Virus record (IMG/VR): IMGVR_UViG_3300042508_000526
DNA length: 64,000 nucleotides
Source of the DNA: a virus
Lineage: Duplodnaviria > Caudoviricetes
Direction: 5' to 3' (one strand)
Below the pieces are notes generated by a model that was not told the DNA's origin, searched no databases, and saw nothing but the letters and a program-made list of their open reading frames with translations. Within the stretch, counting starts at the first letter, position 1. The number at the start of each line of letters is the position of its first letter. Both the position numbers and the translations under genes were made by a program. Of the stretch, positions 10,217 through 19,514 are shown piece by piece.

Positions 10217-12517
10217 TTAATTACTAAGCTTCTTTAGCGCAAACGTACCAACGACCGTAGGATACACTGCAGTCCATGTCGTGTCAGATCCGATTTGCGT
10301 CCATGTCGTCAGATTTACGTTGTCGCCTGTGCCTAAATTTTTATTTGTATTTGTACCGACCACGTATAACCGACCCGCGCGAATAGCGCAAGCGCTCGAA
10401 TAGCCCGCCGAAGCAAAAGTCCAATCAGTGTCTGTGCCTACTTGCGTTGGCGTGCTGGTGTTAGAGGGCAACGCGCCCAGCGTGCCCGCACTTGCGCCAA
10501 ACGCGTACAGCCCGCCGTTACGAATACCAACTACCAGCCCGCGACCACCGCTGATACTAGTCCAGCCAGAACCACTACCGGCTACCTGCGTGATTACGGC
10601 GTCATAAGAAATTGAATACAGCAGCCCGTTGCGAATGCCGTAGATAGTAGCCGGATTAATAATGTCTACCGCAAGATGCGTCCAGCCGCCGCTATCGCCA
10701 GATTGAACGGGCGTCCAACGAACTGTCGCAAAGCTAAGGCCCCACAAATACAAGTCGCCGTTTCGAATGCCGGCGACCATGTATATGTGCCCCGTTACCG
10801 CCGTCCAACCGGTTAGATTTCCTACCTGCGTCGGCGTCGCCGCATTAAGTGCGCTTTCGCCGAGGCCGAGTTGCGCAAACCCGTTATCACCCCAGCTGTA
10901 CAAGTACCCAGAACGAATAGCAAACTTTGCGGCGTACGTGCCGTCTGAGGTAAGGCCGACGTACGTCCAGTCGTCTAAATAGCCGATTTGTGTCGGCGCA
11001 AATCGCCGCTGATTTTGCCCGTCGCCTAAGTTGTTCCATGTGGGCTGCCCCCACGCATACAATTTGCCGCCAGCTACGCCGATAACATAAGTATCGGCGA
11101 TAGTGTTTGTTTGCGGAATTGCGAGCATTGACCAGTTATAAGAAACTGGCATGAGCGTAAACGTTGCGTATTCAGTTACAAAATTTTGCCCGGCTTGACC
11201 GTTTGTATTTTCTCCTGTGCCGTAAAGTTTGCCCGCGCGCAAAGCTAGTAAATGCGCGGCACCAGTCGTCGAGGTGGCCCCGCTAGCAGATATGGCAGTC
11301 CAATCTGCGTCTGCGCCAATTTGAGTCATAACGCGGCGGTCAACTACGTCACCAAGACCGAGTTGCCCCTGCCGGTTTGAGCCTATACCGTAAAGACGGC
11401 CCGCGGCTATTCCGACAGCGTACGCGTTACCGGCAGCAATGTGCGTCCACGTCGTCATCAGACCTATTTGAATAGGCGTAGTCGAGACGATGTTTGTGCC
11501 GTTGCTGAGCTGATAGTTAGTGTTAGAGCCCCAGCCGTACAACGATCCACCCGCAATGCCGTAACCGGTCGCATAGCCGGCGGCGACGCTCGTCCAATTA
11601 GATAGCAGACCCACGCGTGTGGGCGAGTTTACTTGACCGGACGCGCTGCCATTTCCAAGCCGGCCGGACGTGGCTAACCCCCAAGAATAAAGTTGGCCGT
11701 TTTTAATTGCCAAAATATAGCGATCGCCAACCGACACAGCCGACCAATCTGTGTCTGTGCCAACCTGTGTTGGCGTAGTGATTGTGGTGGTCGTCGTGCC
11801 GTCACCTTTCTGCCCGTTAGTGCCGGCACCCCACACATAAAGCCTGCCGCCGCGAATAGCCGCAGAGTTTGAACCGCCGGCGGCCACGTGAGTCCAGTCT
11901 GTAAAAGACCCAATCTGCACAGGCGACAGAACGTCAGTCGAGTTGGCAACACCGTTGCCGATTGTCCCGCTGACGTTATCGCCCCACGCAAAAAGCGCGC
12001 CGTTTTTAATCGCCAGCGTATGGTTTAAACCCGCACTAACAGCTGTCCAGTCACTGTCGGTGCCCAGTCGCGTCGGGCTGTTTATTGCAGTTGTAGTGCC
12101 TTGCCCGTGGCGCCCGTCAGAGCCAGTGCCCCACGTATAGAGCGCGCCATTAAGAATAACGCACGACCACGTGTTACCAGCCGCAATAGCCGTAAAAGTA
12201 ATGCTGTCAGCAAACGTCGTAGTTTTTGAAAGTTGCGTAACTTGCGTGACACGACCATCCGCTGAAATACCGCTATTATTAGACCCGGCGTAAAACAAGT
12301 TGTTTGTAGTTTGCACTACGCCGCCGTCAATGCTGCCGACAATAGAGTCGCCCGGAATCTTTATGTGCGGCAAATTCTGATAAGGCGTAACGCCGTCTCC
12401 AATCTTTAATAGATTGGTGTCTGTCTCGTAGCAAAATTCGCCGGCGGCTAAAACAGGATTTAACGTTTCCAAACTCGTGGAGTAGCCGCGCCGCGTTTTT
12501 ATTGTTGTAGTAGCCAT
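10217..12517 (-). CDS. Mtd_N-anchored RCC1-repeat (beta-propeller) fibre
   Basis: IKTRRG...NPVLAAGEFCYETDTNLLKIGDGVTPY followed by about 13 repeats of LYxWGxNxxGQLG...PTQ(I/V)G...W..(V/I)(S/A)AG. Confidence 0.85.
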   Translation of the reverse strand: MATTTIKTRRGYSTSLETLNPVLAAGEFCYETDTNLLKIGDGVTPYQNLPHIKIPGDSIVGSIDGGVVQTTNNLFYAGSNNSGISADGRVTQVTQLSKTTTFADSITFTAIAAGNTWSCVILNGALYTWGTGSDGRHGQGTTTAINSPTRLGTDSDWTAVSAGLNHTLAIKNGALFAWGDNVSGTIGNGVANSTDVLSPVQIGSFTDWTHVAAGGSNSAAIRGGRLYVWGAGTNGQKGDGTTTTTITTPTQVGTDTDWSAVSVGDRYILAIKNGQLYSWGLATSGRLGNGSASGQVNSPTRVGLLSNWTSVAAGYATGYGIAGGSLYGWGSNTNYQLSNGTNIVSTTPIQIGLMTTWTHIAAGNAYAVGIAAGRLYGIGSNRQGQLGLGDVVDRRVMTQIGADADWTAISASGATSTTGAAHLLALRAGKLYGTGENTNGQAGQNFVTEYATFTLMPVSYNWSMLAIPQTNTIADTYVIGVAGGKLYAWGQPTWNNLGDGQNQRRFAPTQIGYLDDWTYVGLTSDGTYAAKFAIRSGYLYSWGDNGFAQLGLGESALNAATPTQVGNLTGWTAVTGHIYMVAGIRNGDLYLWGLSFATVRWTPVQSGDSGGWTHLAVDIINPATIYGIRNGLLYSISYDAVITQVAGSGSGWTSISGGRGLVVGIRNGGLYAFGASAGTLGALPSNTSTPTQVGTDTDWTFASAGYSSACAIRAGRLYVVGTNTNKNLGTGDNVNLTTWTQIGSDTTWTAVYPTVVGTFALKKLSN

Positions 12518-12519
12518 AT

Positions 12520-13839
12520 TTAGTATGACGGGAAGCTGCTGAGACTAATTTGTGTTAACTGGTATCCGCCGCCAAGCTGCGTCATCATATCGTTTATAGC
12601 GATTTTTTGCTGGACAATGCTCGTGCCGCTTCCCGCGCCACCAAAGGTCCAAACACACAACAGCACCAACTGCCCGCTAAGAATTAAAAAAGCGGGGTTA
12701 CCGGAATCGCCGACAACGATGTTTTCAAAAAAAGCGAAACGAGACGATGTCGTGTTTGGCGCGGAAAATGATGCGCGATTAGCTGTTATAGCACTTAACT
12801 CTGATACCAAAGCGTTTTCTTCTTGATCAAAACATAGCGCCGGGATTCGGGCCGACAACGAAATATTTGGCAACTTGGTCGCCCAATCATCCGGTAAAAT
12901 TCGCGCGAAAGAAATACCGACAGGTACATCAGAATCGAGCACGCCGATTGCGATGTCGTTTGCGTAGCCGTCAGACGCGCCGACGTATAATGGGTGCTGC
13001 CTAACAGCAGTAACAGTTCTCGTAACAACGGTGTTGTCGCTCTGCACGAAGCGGATAGTAGCGCCGGCCGAAATCTGATAGTGCGCGGCAAACAAAATGT
13101 GCCGAGGACTTATAAGTGTGCCGGCACGCGTATTCGCGCCCGTACTATTCCAAGGCGACACACAGGTTAAATCCAGATCTGCGGCCCAACAATTTGTATT
13201 CCGCGTGTACGTACCAGCAGTGTGATCTTGTACAGTAAAAATTGGTTTAACTTTATTTGCAACAGCGATGCGACTGTCTACTGCCGTAGTCGCGTTTTCA
13301 GCTGTTGAGCCTGTAACCCAGCTGACAAAGGTTTGCGCCGCCGTACCATTTAAAAGAGACACAACAACAGTCTCTTCGTAAAACTCGCCAGAGCCGTCGG
13401 TCGCGTCCGCGCGCAGCACTGTTGTTAGTGCGCCTGCGCTGCTCGCCAAAACATTGTTTACAATTGTCGTGGCTGGATTTGTCGTGGACAACGTTGTTGG
13501 AACAAACACGTTGGGCACGTGCTGCCGCATAGCAATCGCGTAGTCGTATATTAACGTGGGGCCTACGGACTCCAGCAAGTTAAGATCGCGGTCAACTTTA
13601 TTGCTCGTGCTGCTTGGCGCAAACGTACGCTCAACCGGCGTAAGCGTGAAAGAAAAACGCGGAACTACGCCGCCGTCTACAATTTCAGGCGTTGTAAGGT
13701 CAGTTACAACGCCGCTATCTTTTTTTGCAAACAACTTGCCGTCAGCTGTGTTGACAGCAAGCTCGCCAGCGGCTAATTGCGCAGCCGTTGGAATAGCGCC
13801 AGAAACAGCGCTCCGCTTATGCGTGATAGTGTTCGGCAT
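12520..13839 (-). CDS. Fibre anchor fused to a trypsin-like serine protease
   Basis: Anchor HKRS...PTAAQLAAGELAVNTADGKLF. Protease motifs GTLISPRHILFAAH (His), NDIAIGVL (Asp), GDSGNP (Ser). Confidence 0.85.
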   Translation of the reverse strand: MPNTITHKRSAVSGAIPTAAQLAAGELAVNTADGKLFAKKDSGVVTDLTTPEIVDGGVVPRFSFTLTPVERTFAPSSTSNKVDRDLNLLESVGPTLIYDYAIAMRQHVPNVFVPTTLSTTNPATTIVNNVLASSAGALTTVLRADATDGSGEFYEETVVVSLLNGTAAQTFVSWVTGSTAENATTAVDSRIAVANKVKPIFTVQDHTAGTYTRNTNCWAADLDLTCVSPWNSTGANTRAGTLISPRHILFAAHYQISAGATIRFVQSDNTVVTRTVTAVRQHPLYVGASDGYANDIAIGVLDSDVPVGISFARILPDDWATKLPNISLSARIPALCFDQEENALVSELSAITANRASFSAPNTTSSRFAFFENIVVGDSGNPAFLILSGQLVLLCVWTFGGAGSGTSIVQQKIAINDMMTQLGGGYQLTQISLSSFPSY

Positions 13840-13863
13840 ACGGCCCCCAATAACGAAAAGCTA

Positions 13864-15249
13864 TCAGTAAGAGCCGCCATCAAGCGTAGACTCACTGCTA
13901 AGGAGCGTGCAAGAAGAAATACCTGAACCGTGATCCGGCAGCGAGTAAGTGCGGCTAGCGGTTAAAACAGCTGTATCTAGTGTTGCGCTAAAGCTGCCGG
14001 TTCCGCCGGCACGGCCACGAACAATAATAGCGTCATTAGTAGCCGCCTGCCGAAAAGTCTGACCACTTGCGTTCGTGAACGTATTAGCGCCAGTGAACGC
14101 ATTGTTAATGCTCAGACCGGCAACAGTCGTGCTGCTCGCCGGAAACGTCATCGTTGTTGAGTCGGTGCCGGCGAAGGTCAGTGTGTTATTGACCGTGATA
14201 ACCTTGGACGCCGCCACTACGAGCGGGCTATCGGCCGACGTAACGCGACCATACGTGTCGACGTTTACGCGCGTATAAGCAGTGCCGGCAGTCACGCCAG
14301 ATGTTGCGAGGTCAATGTCGTTGGCATTGACGACGATGCGAGTCGCGCTGGCTGTGCCAACATTCAGCACGTTGCCAGACTGGGCTAAACCAGCGCCGGC
14401 CATGATATTGCCGGCAAAAGAAAACAGCGCAAACGTAAGCGCCGTCGAACCTAGCGTGATCGCTCCGCTATTTGACAGCACCCAGCCGCTCGCCGCGTTC
14501 GTAGTGCCTTCTTCGACGAACGTGAACATGCCCGGCGTGACTTCAGTGTTGCTGTCAGCGTCGGTGGCCCTCGTCGGGGCAGCAGCGGCGTTGACCACAT
14601 AAATACCGTTCTCAGCCCCATTAGTTTGATTTTTGATTAAAATACGGTCGCCGGTTGCCAGCGTTATACCATCTACCGTCTGGCCGGCAGTAAAAGTTCC
14701 GAGCGTTCCGGCTGCAGTAGTCGCAACGCGAACACTCGCTTTGACGTCTAACCCAGACCGCGCCGCATCGACATATGCTTTTGTGGCAGCGTCTTGCGCG
14801 CTTGTCGGATCGGCTACATTTTGAATCCGCTGATTGTTCAGCAGCGCGCCACCCGAGAGCGTTGTTGCGCCGGTGACACCAAGTGTGCCGCCAATCGTGG
14901 CGTTATTGGTAACGGCCAAACCGGTGCCAGACGCCGTCAGATCAAGCTTGCCCGCAATCGAATGCGTGCCAGTACCGGTAACGCTGAGTGTGCCGCTTAC
15001 CGAGACGGTATTGCTAAACGTATACGCGCCGGCGGCAGTCTGCGTGGCGCCGCTCGCAATCGCGAGGAAGGCACCGTCACCACCGATAGCAATGGCGTTG
15101 ATCGGCGAGGTTCCCGCGGTCGACTCGCCGATATAGAGAACGTTATTGACCTCGTTAAAGGCCAGCTCCGACATAACGAGACCAGACGGCGCGCCGGATA
15201 GATTACCACCAGCGTTTGTCCGGCGCTTGATTTGAATCGTATTGGGCAT
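13864..15249 (-). CDS. Tail fibre protein
   Basis: IQIKRR...ELAFNEVNNVLYIG anchor; DPTSAQDAATKAYVD and DVKASVRVATT...DGITLATGDRILIKNQT...ENGIYV fibre motifs. Confidence 0.8.
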   Translation of the reverse strand: MPNTIQIKRRTNAGGNLSGAPSGLVMSELAFNEVNNVLYIGESTAGTSPINAIAIGGDGAFLAIASGATQTAAGAYTFSNTVSVSGTLSVTGTGTHSIAGKLDLTASGTGLAVTNNATIGGTLGVTGATTLSGGALLNNQRIQNVADPTSAQDAATKAYVDAARSGLDVKASVRVATTAAGTLGTFTAGQTVDGITLATGDRILIKNQTNGAENGIYVVNAAAAPTRATDADSNTEVTPGMFTFVEEGTTNAASGWVLSNSGAITLGSTALTFALFSFAGNIMAGAGLAQSGNVLNVGTASATRIVVNANDIDLATSGVTAGTAYTRVNVDTYGRVTSADSPLVVAASKVITVNNTLTFAGTDSTTMTFPASSTTVAGLSINNAFTGANTFTNASGQTFRQAATNDAIIVRGRAGGTGSFSATLDTAVLTASRTYSLPDHGSGISSCTLLSSESTLDGGSY

Positions 15250-15260
15250 GAGTCACTCCG

Positions 15261-15695
15261 TTAAAAACTGCCGCCGTCTAAGGCATTTGTAGAGGGGATT
15301 CCTGACGCCAAAAGCTCAACCCAGTTACCGACTATCGTAGCTGGCGCAGCTGCAAGTATAAAGCTTTTACTTAGATCTGCGCGCACCGCCACGTCGCCTA
15401 CTTCTGCGGTTAAAGCTACCATTTCAGCCTGCGAGTTTACCACAAAAGTATCATTAATCGCAATTGCGGGAATTTGCACGGCGGGGATCTTACCTGTGCC
15501 CGCTTCAAGTGTGGCAACGCCGCCAGCTATACCTTTTTCGGCTTGAGTTACAGCGTTTAGGGTAGACAACATTGCCGCAACAGTTGTACGTTTTGTAGCT
15601 AAATTATTAGGGTTATCGGCGTCTACAATTGGCAATATATCGGACGACGCCGGAATGGTTTTAATCGGCAGTGCAGAGATTTTTTTGTTAGACAT
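15261..15695 (-). CDS. Tail-associated protein
   Basis: MSNKKISALP N-terminus, GVATL..GKIP..Q.P motif, ends LDGGSF like the neighbouring fibre gene. Confidence 0.7.
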   Translation of the reverse strand: MSNKKISALPIKTIPASSDILPIVDADNPNNLATKRTTVAAMLSTLNAVTQAEKGIAGGVATLEAGTGKIPAVQIPAIAINDTFVVNSQAEMVALTAEVGDVAVRADLSKSFILAAAPATIVGNWVELLASGIPSTNALDGGSF

Positions 15696-15706
15696 GGCGC
15701 GACCTG

Positions 15707-16012
15707 TTAATAAATGTTGTTATCCTCGTCGTCGCGCTCATAATGCGGCTTGCGCTTTTTTGCGGTTTTATTGCCGTCGAGTTCATCGGCTGCTCGCGTA
15801 AGCCATTTAGCGAGCTTCCGGGCGTCGTTCGGCGATAGTAACGGAAGCTGGGCCCCATAAGCGTCTACGACGATACCCGATTCTGTATAGCCACCCGCGT
15901 CCCAGTCACCGGCCTGAAAACTGACCGTCGGCGTATCGTCTGCCGGTATGCTGGCTGGGGTCGCGTTCTTAAATTCTATGTGATCGGGTTTGTTAACAAC
16001 AACTGTGGCCAC
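15707..16012 (-). CDS. Hypothetical protein
   Basis: 101 aa, GTG start with GGAG SD, tiles between neighbours. Confidence 0.6.
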   Translation of the reverse strand: MATVVVNKPDHIEFKNATPASIPADDTPTVSFQAGDWDAGGYTESGIVVDAYGAQLPLLSPNDARKLAKWLTRAADELDGNKTAKKRKPHYERDDEDNNIY

Positions 16013-16017
16013 GTAAT

Positions 16018-16284
16018 TTACTCCTGCCGCATATCGTCAAAAATAACCGGCGTGTTTTCGCCGGCACGTAGAGCAAAAAATTTGCACGCGTAGTACTCGT
16101 TAGCGTCTTCGGTCGAAAAACCGTCGGCTAACAGTTTTTCATATATTTTGGCCCGACTGTACACGGGCACTGGATCTGCGCCGCCAACATAGCCAAGACC
16201 AACAATGGCCTCGTTCATGTTGTCAAAAAATACAGCCTCCGGATTTAAGTCCGACAGCTCGTTAATGAAGTGTTGTGGTGTCAT
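16018..16284 (-). CDS. Conserved phage hypothetical protein
   Basis: 88 aa. EAIVG...VYSRAKI...EDANEYY...GENTPVI pattern recalled from aquatic phage hypotheticals; ATGA overlap with the upstream gene. Confidence 0.7.
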   Translation of the reverse strand: MTPQHFINELSDLNPEAVFFDNMNEAIVGLGYVGGADPVPVYSRAKIYEKLLADGFSTEDANEYYACKFFALRAGENTPVIFDDMRQE

Positions 16285-16781
16285 TGCAGAACTCCGTTTT
16301 GGATATCATTTAAAAACAGCACAGCAATCTCGCTGGCTCTACGGTAACCTTCACGCACGCCGCTCTGAAATTGCAGCTCCCCGGCCGGCGCACTTTTCGT
16401 CGGCAGGTCGGCAATAGTCGCGAGCGCCGCAATAAACTTGTTACGCAATTTTCGATATTCCGCAGAATTTACTATAGCGCCGCGCTCTATGCTGTTTGTT
16501 GGCGCTACGATGTTTGACGCTAAGGGTGCAGCCGCGCATAAACGTTTAAGTGATTTTGTAATACACGTCAGCGAGTTGAAGTCTACAAAAGTCTGCGGCG
16601 TATTTGGCACGTACCGCTGCGCTAACTCATGTAAAAGTATACATAATTCACGCAACTCTTCTTTAATGCCCGCGTCCCCCGAAAGCTCAGCTTCTTTTCT
16701 CTCGGCGCGATGTTTTACGGCCTGAACAAAACCTTGACGATTCTTTTGCCGTGCAAGCATTTCGGGCGATAGCGATATCAC
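16281..16781 (-). CDS. Hypothetical protein
   Basis: 166 aa, 4-nt overlaps on both sides. Confidence 0.65.
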   Translation of the reverse strand: MISLSPEMLARQKNRQGFVQAVKHRAERKEAELSGDAGIKEELRELCILLHELAQRYVPNTPQTFVDFNSLTCITKSLKRLCAAAPLASNIVAPTNSIERGAIVNSAEYRKLRNKFIAALATIADLPTKSAPAGELQFQSGVREGYRRASEIAVLFLNDIQNGVLQ

Positions 16782-17401
16782 TGAGGAATCCTTTCCTGTT
16801 GGGACCGAAGACTAGAGAACAACTCGTACACCTCGCTGTGTGTCATTTCCACGGGTTGTAGCGCGTTGATCACGTGCAGACGGGCGGCGGCTAGCTCGTG
16901 CCCGGAGAAGCGCATATAGGCCGCGCGCATCCGTTTACGGTCTTCTAGGCTGCGGCGCTCATATCGGTCTCGCGGCTGGCCGACCCGCGTGGCAGCGGTT
17001 TCAGGATCTAAATCCAACAGCACGCACAGATCCGGCGAAACATTGGACGTACCTTTAAATATCTGAAGAATCAGGTCTGGATCAACGCCATTGATCTCGC
17101 CCTGATAAACCAGCGTCGACAGCAGCCAGCGATCGCAAATAATGACTTTACCGGCAGCCTGCTGCTCCAAAATGTACGCTGCCAACTCGGCTCTAGCAGC
17201 AGAAAAAAGAAGCATCTGCGCCATAACAGAGATAGGCGCGTCGTTATGCAGCAAGATTTGACGAATAGCCGTCCCGATTTTTGTCGTCCCGGGATCGGCT
17301 ACTAGTTCTACGGCAACGTTTTCTTTTTGAAGACGTTGCGCGAGCATACGAGCCTGCGTTGTTTTGCCGGCGCCGTCAATGCCCTCGAAACAAACAAACA
17401 C
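16778..17401 (-). CDS. tmk: Thymidylate kinase
   Basis: FEGIDGAGKTTQ P-loop, LLFSAARA, ICDRW, PDL..LLD.DP motifs. Confidence 0.95.
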   Translation of the reverse strand: MFVCFEGIDGAGKTTQARMLAQRLQKENVAVELVADPGTTKIGTAIRQILLHNDAPISVMAQMLLFSAARAELAAYILEQQAAGKVIICDRWLLSTLVYQGEINGVDPDLILQIFKGTSNVSPDLCVLLDLDPETAATRVGQPRDRYERRSLEDRKRMRAAYMRFSGHELAAARLHVINALQPVEMTHSEVYELFSSLRSQQERIPQ

Positions 17402-17410
17402 GAAAAGCTC

Positions 17411-17725
17411 CTATACCCGGCCAGTAATAGCAACGCTTGGAGAATCACCGACGATGGGCTTACTGATTTTATTAGCCGTACCTGTGATCGGCATTTCTCC
17501 TGCAACCGACACAGCGCCCGCATCAGGCGTTAGCAGTAACAGCTCCTGCCCGTCAGCAAATCGAAGCGCGATGCCGTTTGTGGTGTGCCCGATGCCCACC
17601 AGCCCGCGGGATGATAACCACGTCGTAGCGTAATCGCAAAACGTTTTTACCGAGCCGGTTTCCATGTCAGGGTTGCCGGCGGTAAAGTCTTCAAGAATTT
17701 TGGTCAACACTTCGCTTGCGGGCAT
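17411..17725 (-). CDS. Hypothetical protein
   Basis: Likely start MPASEV at 17725; the track's upstream extension overlaps the HD gene heavily. Confidence 0.55.
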   Translation of the reverse strand: MPASEVLTKILEDFTAGNPDMETGSVKTFCDYATTWLSSRGLVGIGHTTNGIALRFADGQELLLLTPDAGAVSVAGEMPITGTANKISKPIVGDSPSVAITGRV

Positions 17726-18446
17726 AACGCACTTCTTTCTTCTTTTTGGGTTGAACCTTTTCTTCTTCCGCGGCTTTTGCGCGTATACCGGTTGTATTCT
17801 GCGCCACGATTTTGTCAAGTTTCGCCTTTTGTCGACACGCTTTTATCGCCTGACTTATGTCCGTTAATTTGTTGCGTGCGGCGTGCACATACAGCCGCAA
17901 CATGTAGTAGCGGCTGGCTGCATGAATAGCAAGCAAATCACCATCAAGCTGCGTTAGTAATTTCTTCGCGCGCGGAATGGCTGGCATGCCGTATTTGGCT
18001 ATCGCCTTGAGCGTGTCTTGCGCTGTGCAGATAATATCCGCAACCACGATGATTTGAGCGCCAACCGGACTTTGACTTAACCGCCCGCGGAACTCCATAT
18101 CACGTTTAGTCTCTACAAGCCTGAAGTCGCGACTAATGTCTGCGACCATAGCGGCAATCTGTACGGTTGCTATCTCGGCGATATTTTCAAAAGCACACGC
18201 GCGCACATTTAATACGTCGTGGAGCAGGGCGCCCTGTGCAATGGCGTCAATATGCTCTTTTGCGTCATCCGGCAAAATATCAACGCGCATGTCCTGATAA
18301 AGCTTTTGCGCGATCAGCTCAGCCTGCGCTGAAACTAGTTTTGCGTGAGTCAACAAATTTACGCCAAAGTTTGTAACCTGATCTGCGTAATGTTGCGTGG
18401 CAAACTCTAGTGTTTTTTGATATGAAAGCTCGTCTGCTTTTTTCAT
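17691..18446 (-). CDS. HD-domain protein, RelA/SpoT-hydrolase (HD_4)-like, divergent
   Basis: LEFA..HY..Q.......H...V, ALLHDVL, AMVADIS and AQIIVVADII align with the (p)ppGpp hydrolase pattern, but the ED pair after HD is absent. Confidence 0.65.
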   Translation of the reverse strand: MKKADELSYQKTLEFATQHYADQVTNFGVNLLTHAKLVSAQAELIAQKLYQDMRVDILPDDAKEHIDAIAQGALLHDVLNVRACAFENIAEIATVQIAAMVADISRDFRLVETKRDMEFRGRLSQSPVGAQIIVVADIICTAQDTLKAIAKYGMPAIPRAKKLLTQLDGDLLAIHAASRYYMLRLYVHAARNKLTDISQAIKACRQKAKLDKIVAQNTTGIRAKAAEEEKVQPKKKKEVRYARKRSVDQNS

Positions 18447-18464
18447 GGCATCTCCATATGCCCA

Positions 18465-19508
18465 TCAAACAAGCTTCAACAACGTTTGCCAGCCAAGATC
18501 GAAAGACTTTCGACGCGCGGCCAAGTTGTAGTTCACTCGTTTATTTAGGTTGTCAATGTGAATGGGTTCAGCAATCATTGTCTGCAATACAGTCATTAAA
18601 CGTTCGTAGTCCGGCGCCGCGTGGGGCACGCCGTTTTCGTCGTAATCTACCCGCGTTTTAACAAGTACGCCATTGGCGTCCTGATAAATAAAGTCAACTT
18701 GCGGCGACAGCGCAAACGACAGAACAGGCGTGCCGCAAGTAATTGACGTCAACCCGCACAAACCGTAGTTGTCGCACTCGGCCGGGAGCAGCGTGATATC
18801 GTGCGCTGTGTACATCGCAGGCCGCTTGCTTAACGGCGTATTACGGATCAGCTTCACGCGGCCGTTCGTTCTGCGGCTGAGCCGTTGGAAAAATTTGGCG
18901 ACGGACGGCGCGAATCGGCTAGACGTAATCGCAACAGTGAGCTGCGCTTCCGGCATACGTTCAAATATGTAACTAACGAACGCTAGAAACTGACTATTAG
19001 CGCAGCGCGCATTACGGTCAAACCACGGCAAAAAAACTTTGATCTGCTTGTGGTTTACTGATTTTGTTTTTTTTACAACCGGCAATCCGGTATCGAACGG
19101 AATCATCGTAACGTGTTTGATCTTGTAAATCTTGCCAAACAGCTCGCGGGCTTCGGCTGTCATGGCAATCACGTGATCAACACGCTGCATAACCTTGCGA
19201 AAAGGTCGTACAAGATCTTGCCACATAGGCACGATGATCGTGCGAATGCCGAGGCGCTTCGTGTAATTCAGCGTGTCCATTTTGGGCGGATGCGTCCAGA
19301 TAATCGTCGTGTAGTCTTTGGCCCACGATGAGTATCGCCGCTTTTTCTTGTGGCACACTACACCATCATGCGCCACGCGTAGCTTTGCCGGATCGGTATC
19401 GGAATAGATGCCATACTCTACGCCTGACGCGCGTAAAAAATCGGCTAGCCTAATAGTAAAATACGCCTCATCGCAGTGGGCGTAATGTGTGTATATGCCA
19501 ATTCGCAT
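18465..19508 (-). CDS. GT-B fold (GT4-like) glycosyltransferase, divergent
   Basis: N-terminal MRIGIY and DHVIAMT; C-terminal DITLLPAECDNYGLCGLTSITCGTPVL...DFIYQDANGVLV. Confidence 0.7.
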   Translation of the reverse strand: MRIGIYTHYAHCDEAYFTIRLADFLRASGVEYGIYSDTDPAKLRVAHDGVVCHKKKRRYSSWAKDYTTIIWTHPPKMDTLNYTKRLGIRTIIVPMWQDLVRPFRKVMQRVDHVIAMTAEARELFGKIYKIKHVTMIPFDTGLPVVKKTKSVNHKQIKVFLPWFDRNARCANSQFLAFVSYIFERMPEAQLTVAITSSRFAPSVAKFFQRLSRRTNGRVKLIRNTPLSKRPAMYTAHDITLLPAECDNYGLCGLTSITCGTPVLSFALSPQVDFIYQDANGVLVKTRVDYDENGVPHAAPDYERLMTVLQTMIAEPIHIDNLNKRVNYNLAARRKSFDLGWQTLLKLV

Positions 19509-19514
19509 TGACTA

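Noticed and set aside
8311-12517. Diversity-generating retroelement suggested by Mtd_N domains
   Set aside because: Only the N-terminal anchor matches Mtd; no reverse transcriptase, template repeat or adenine-variable repeat pair seen in the window.
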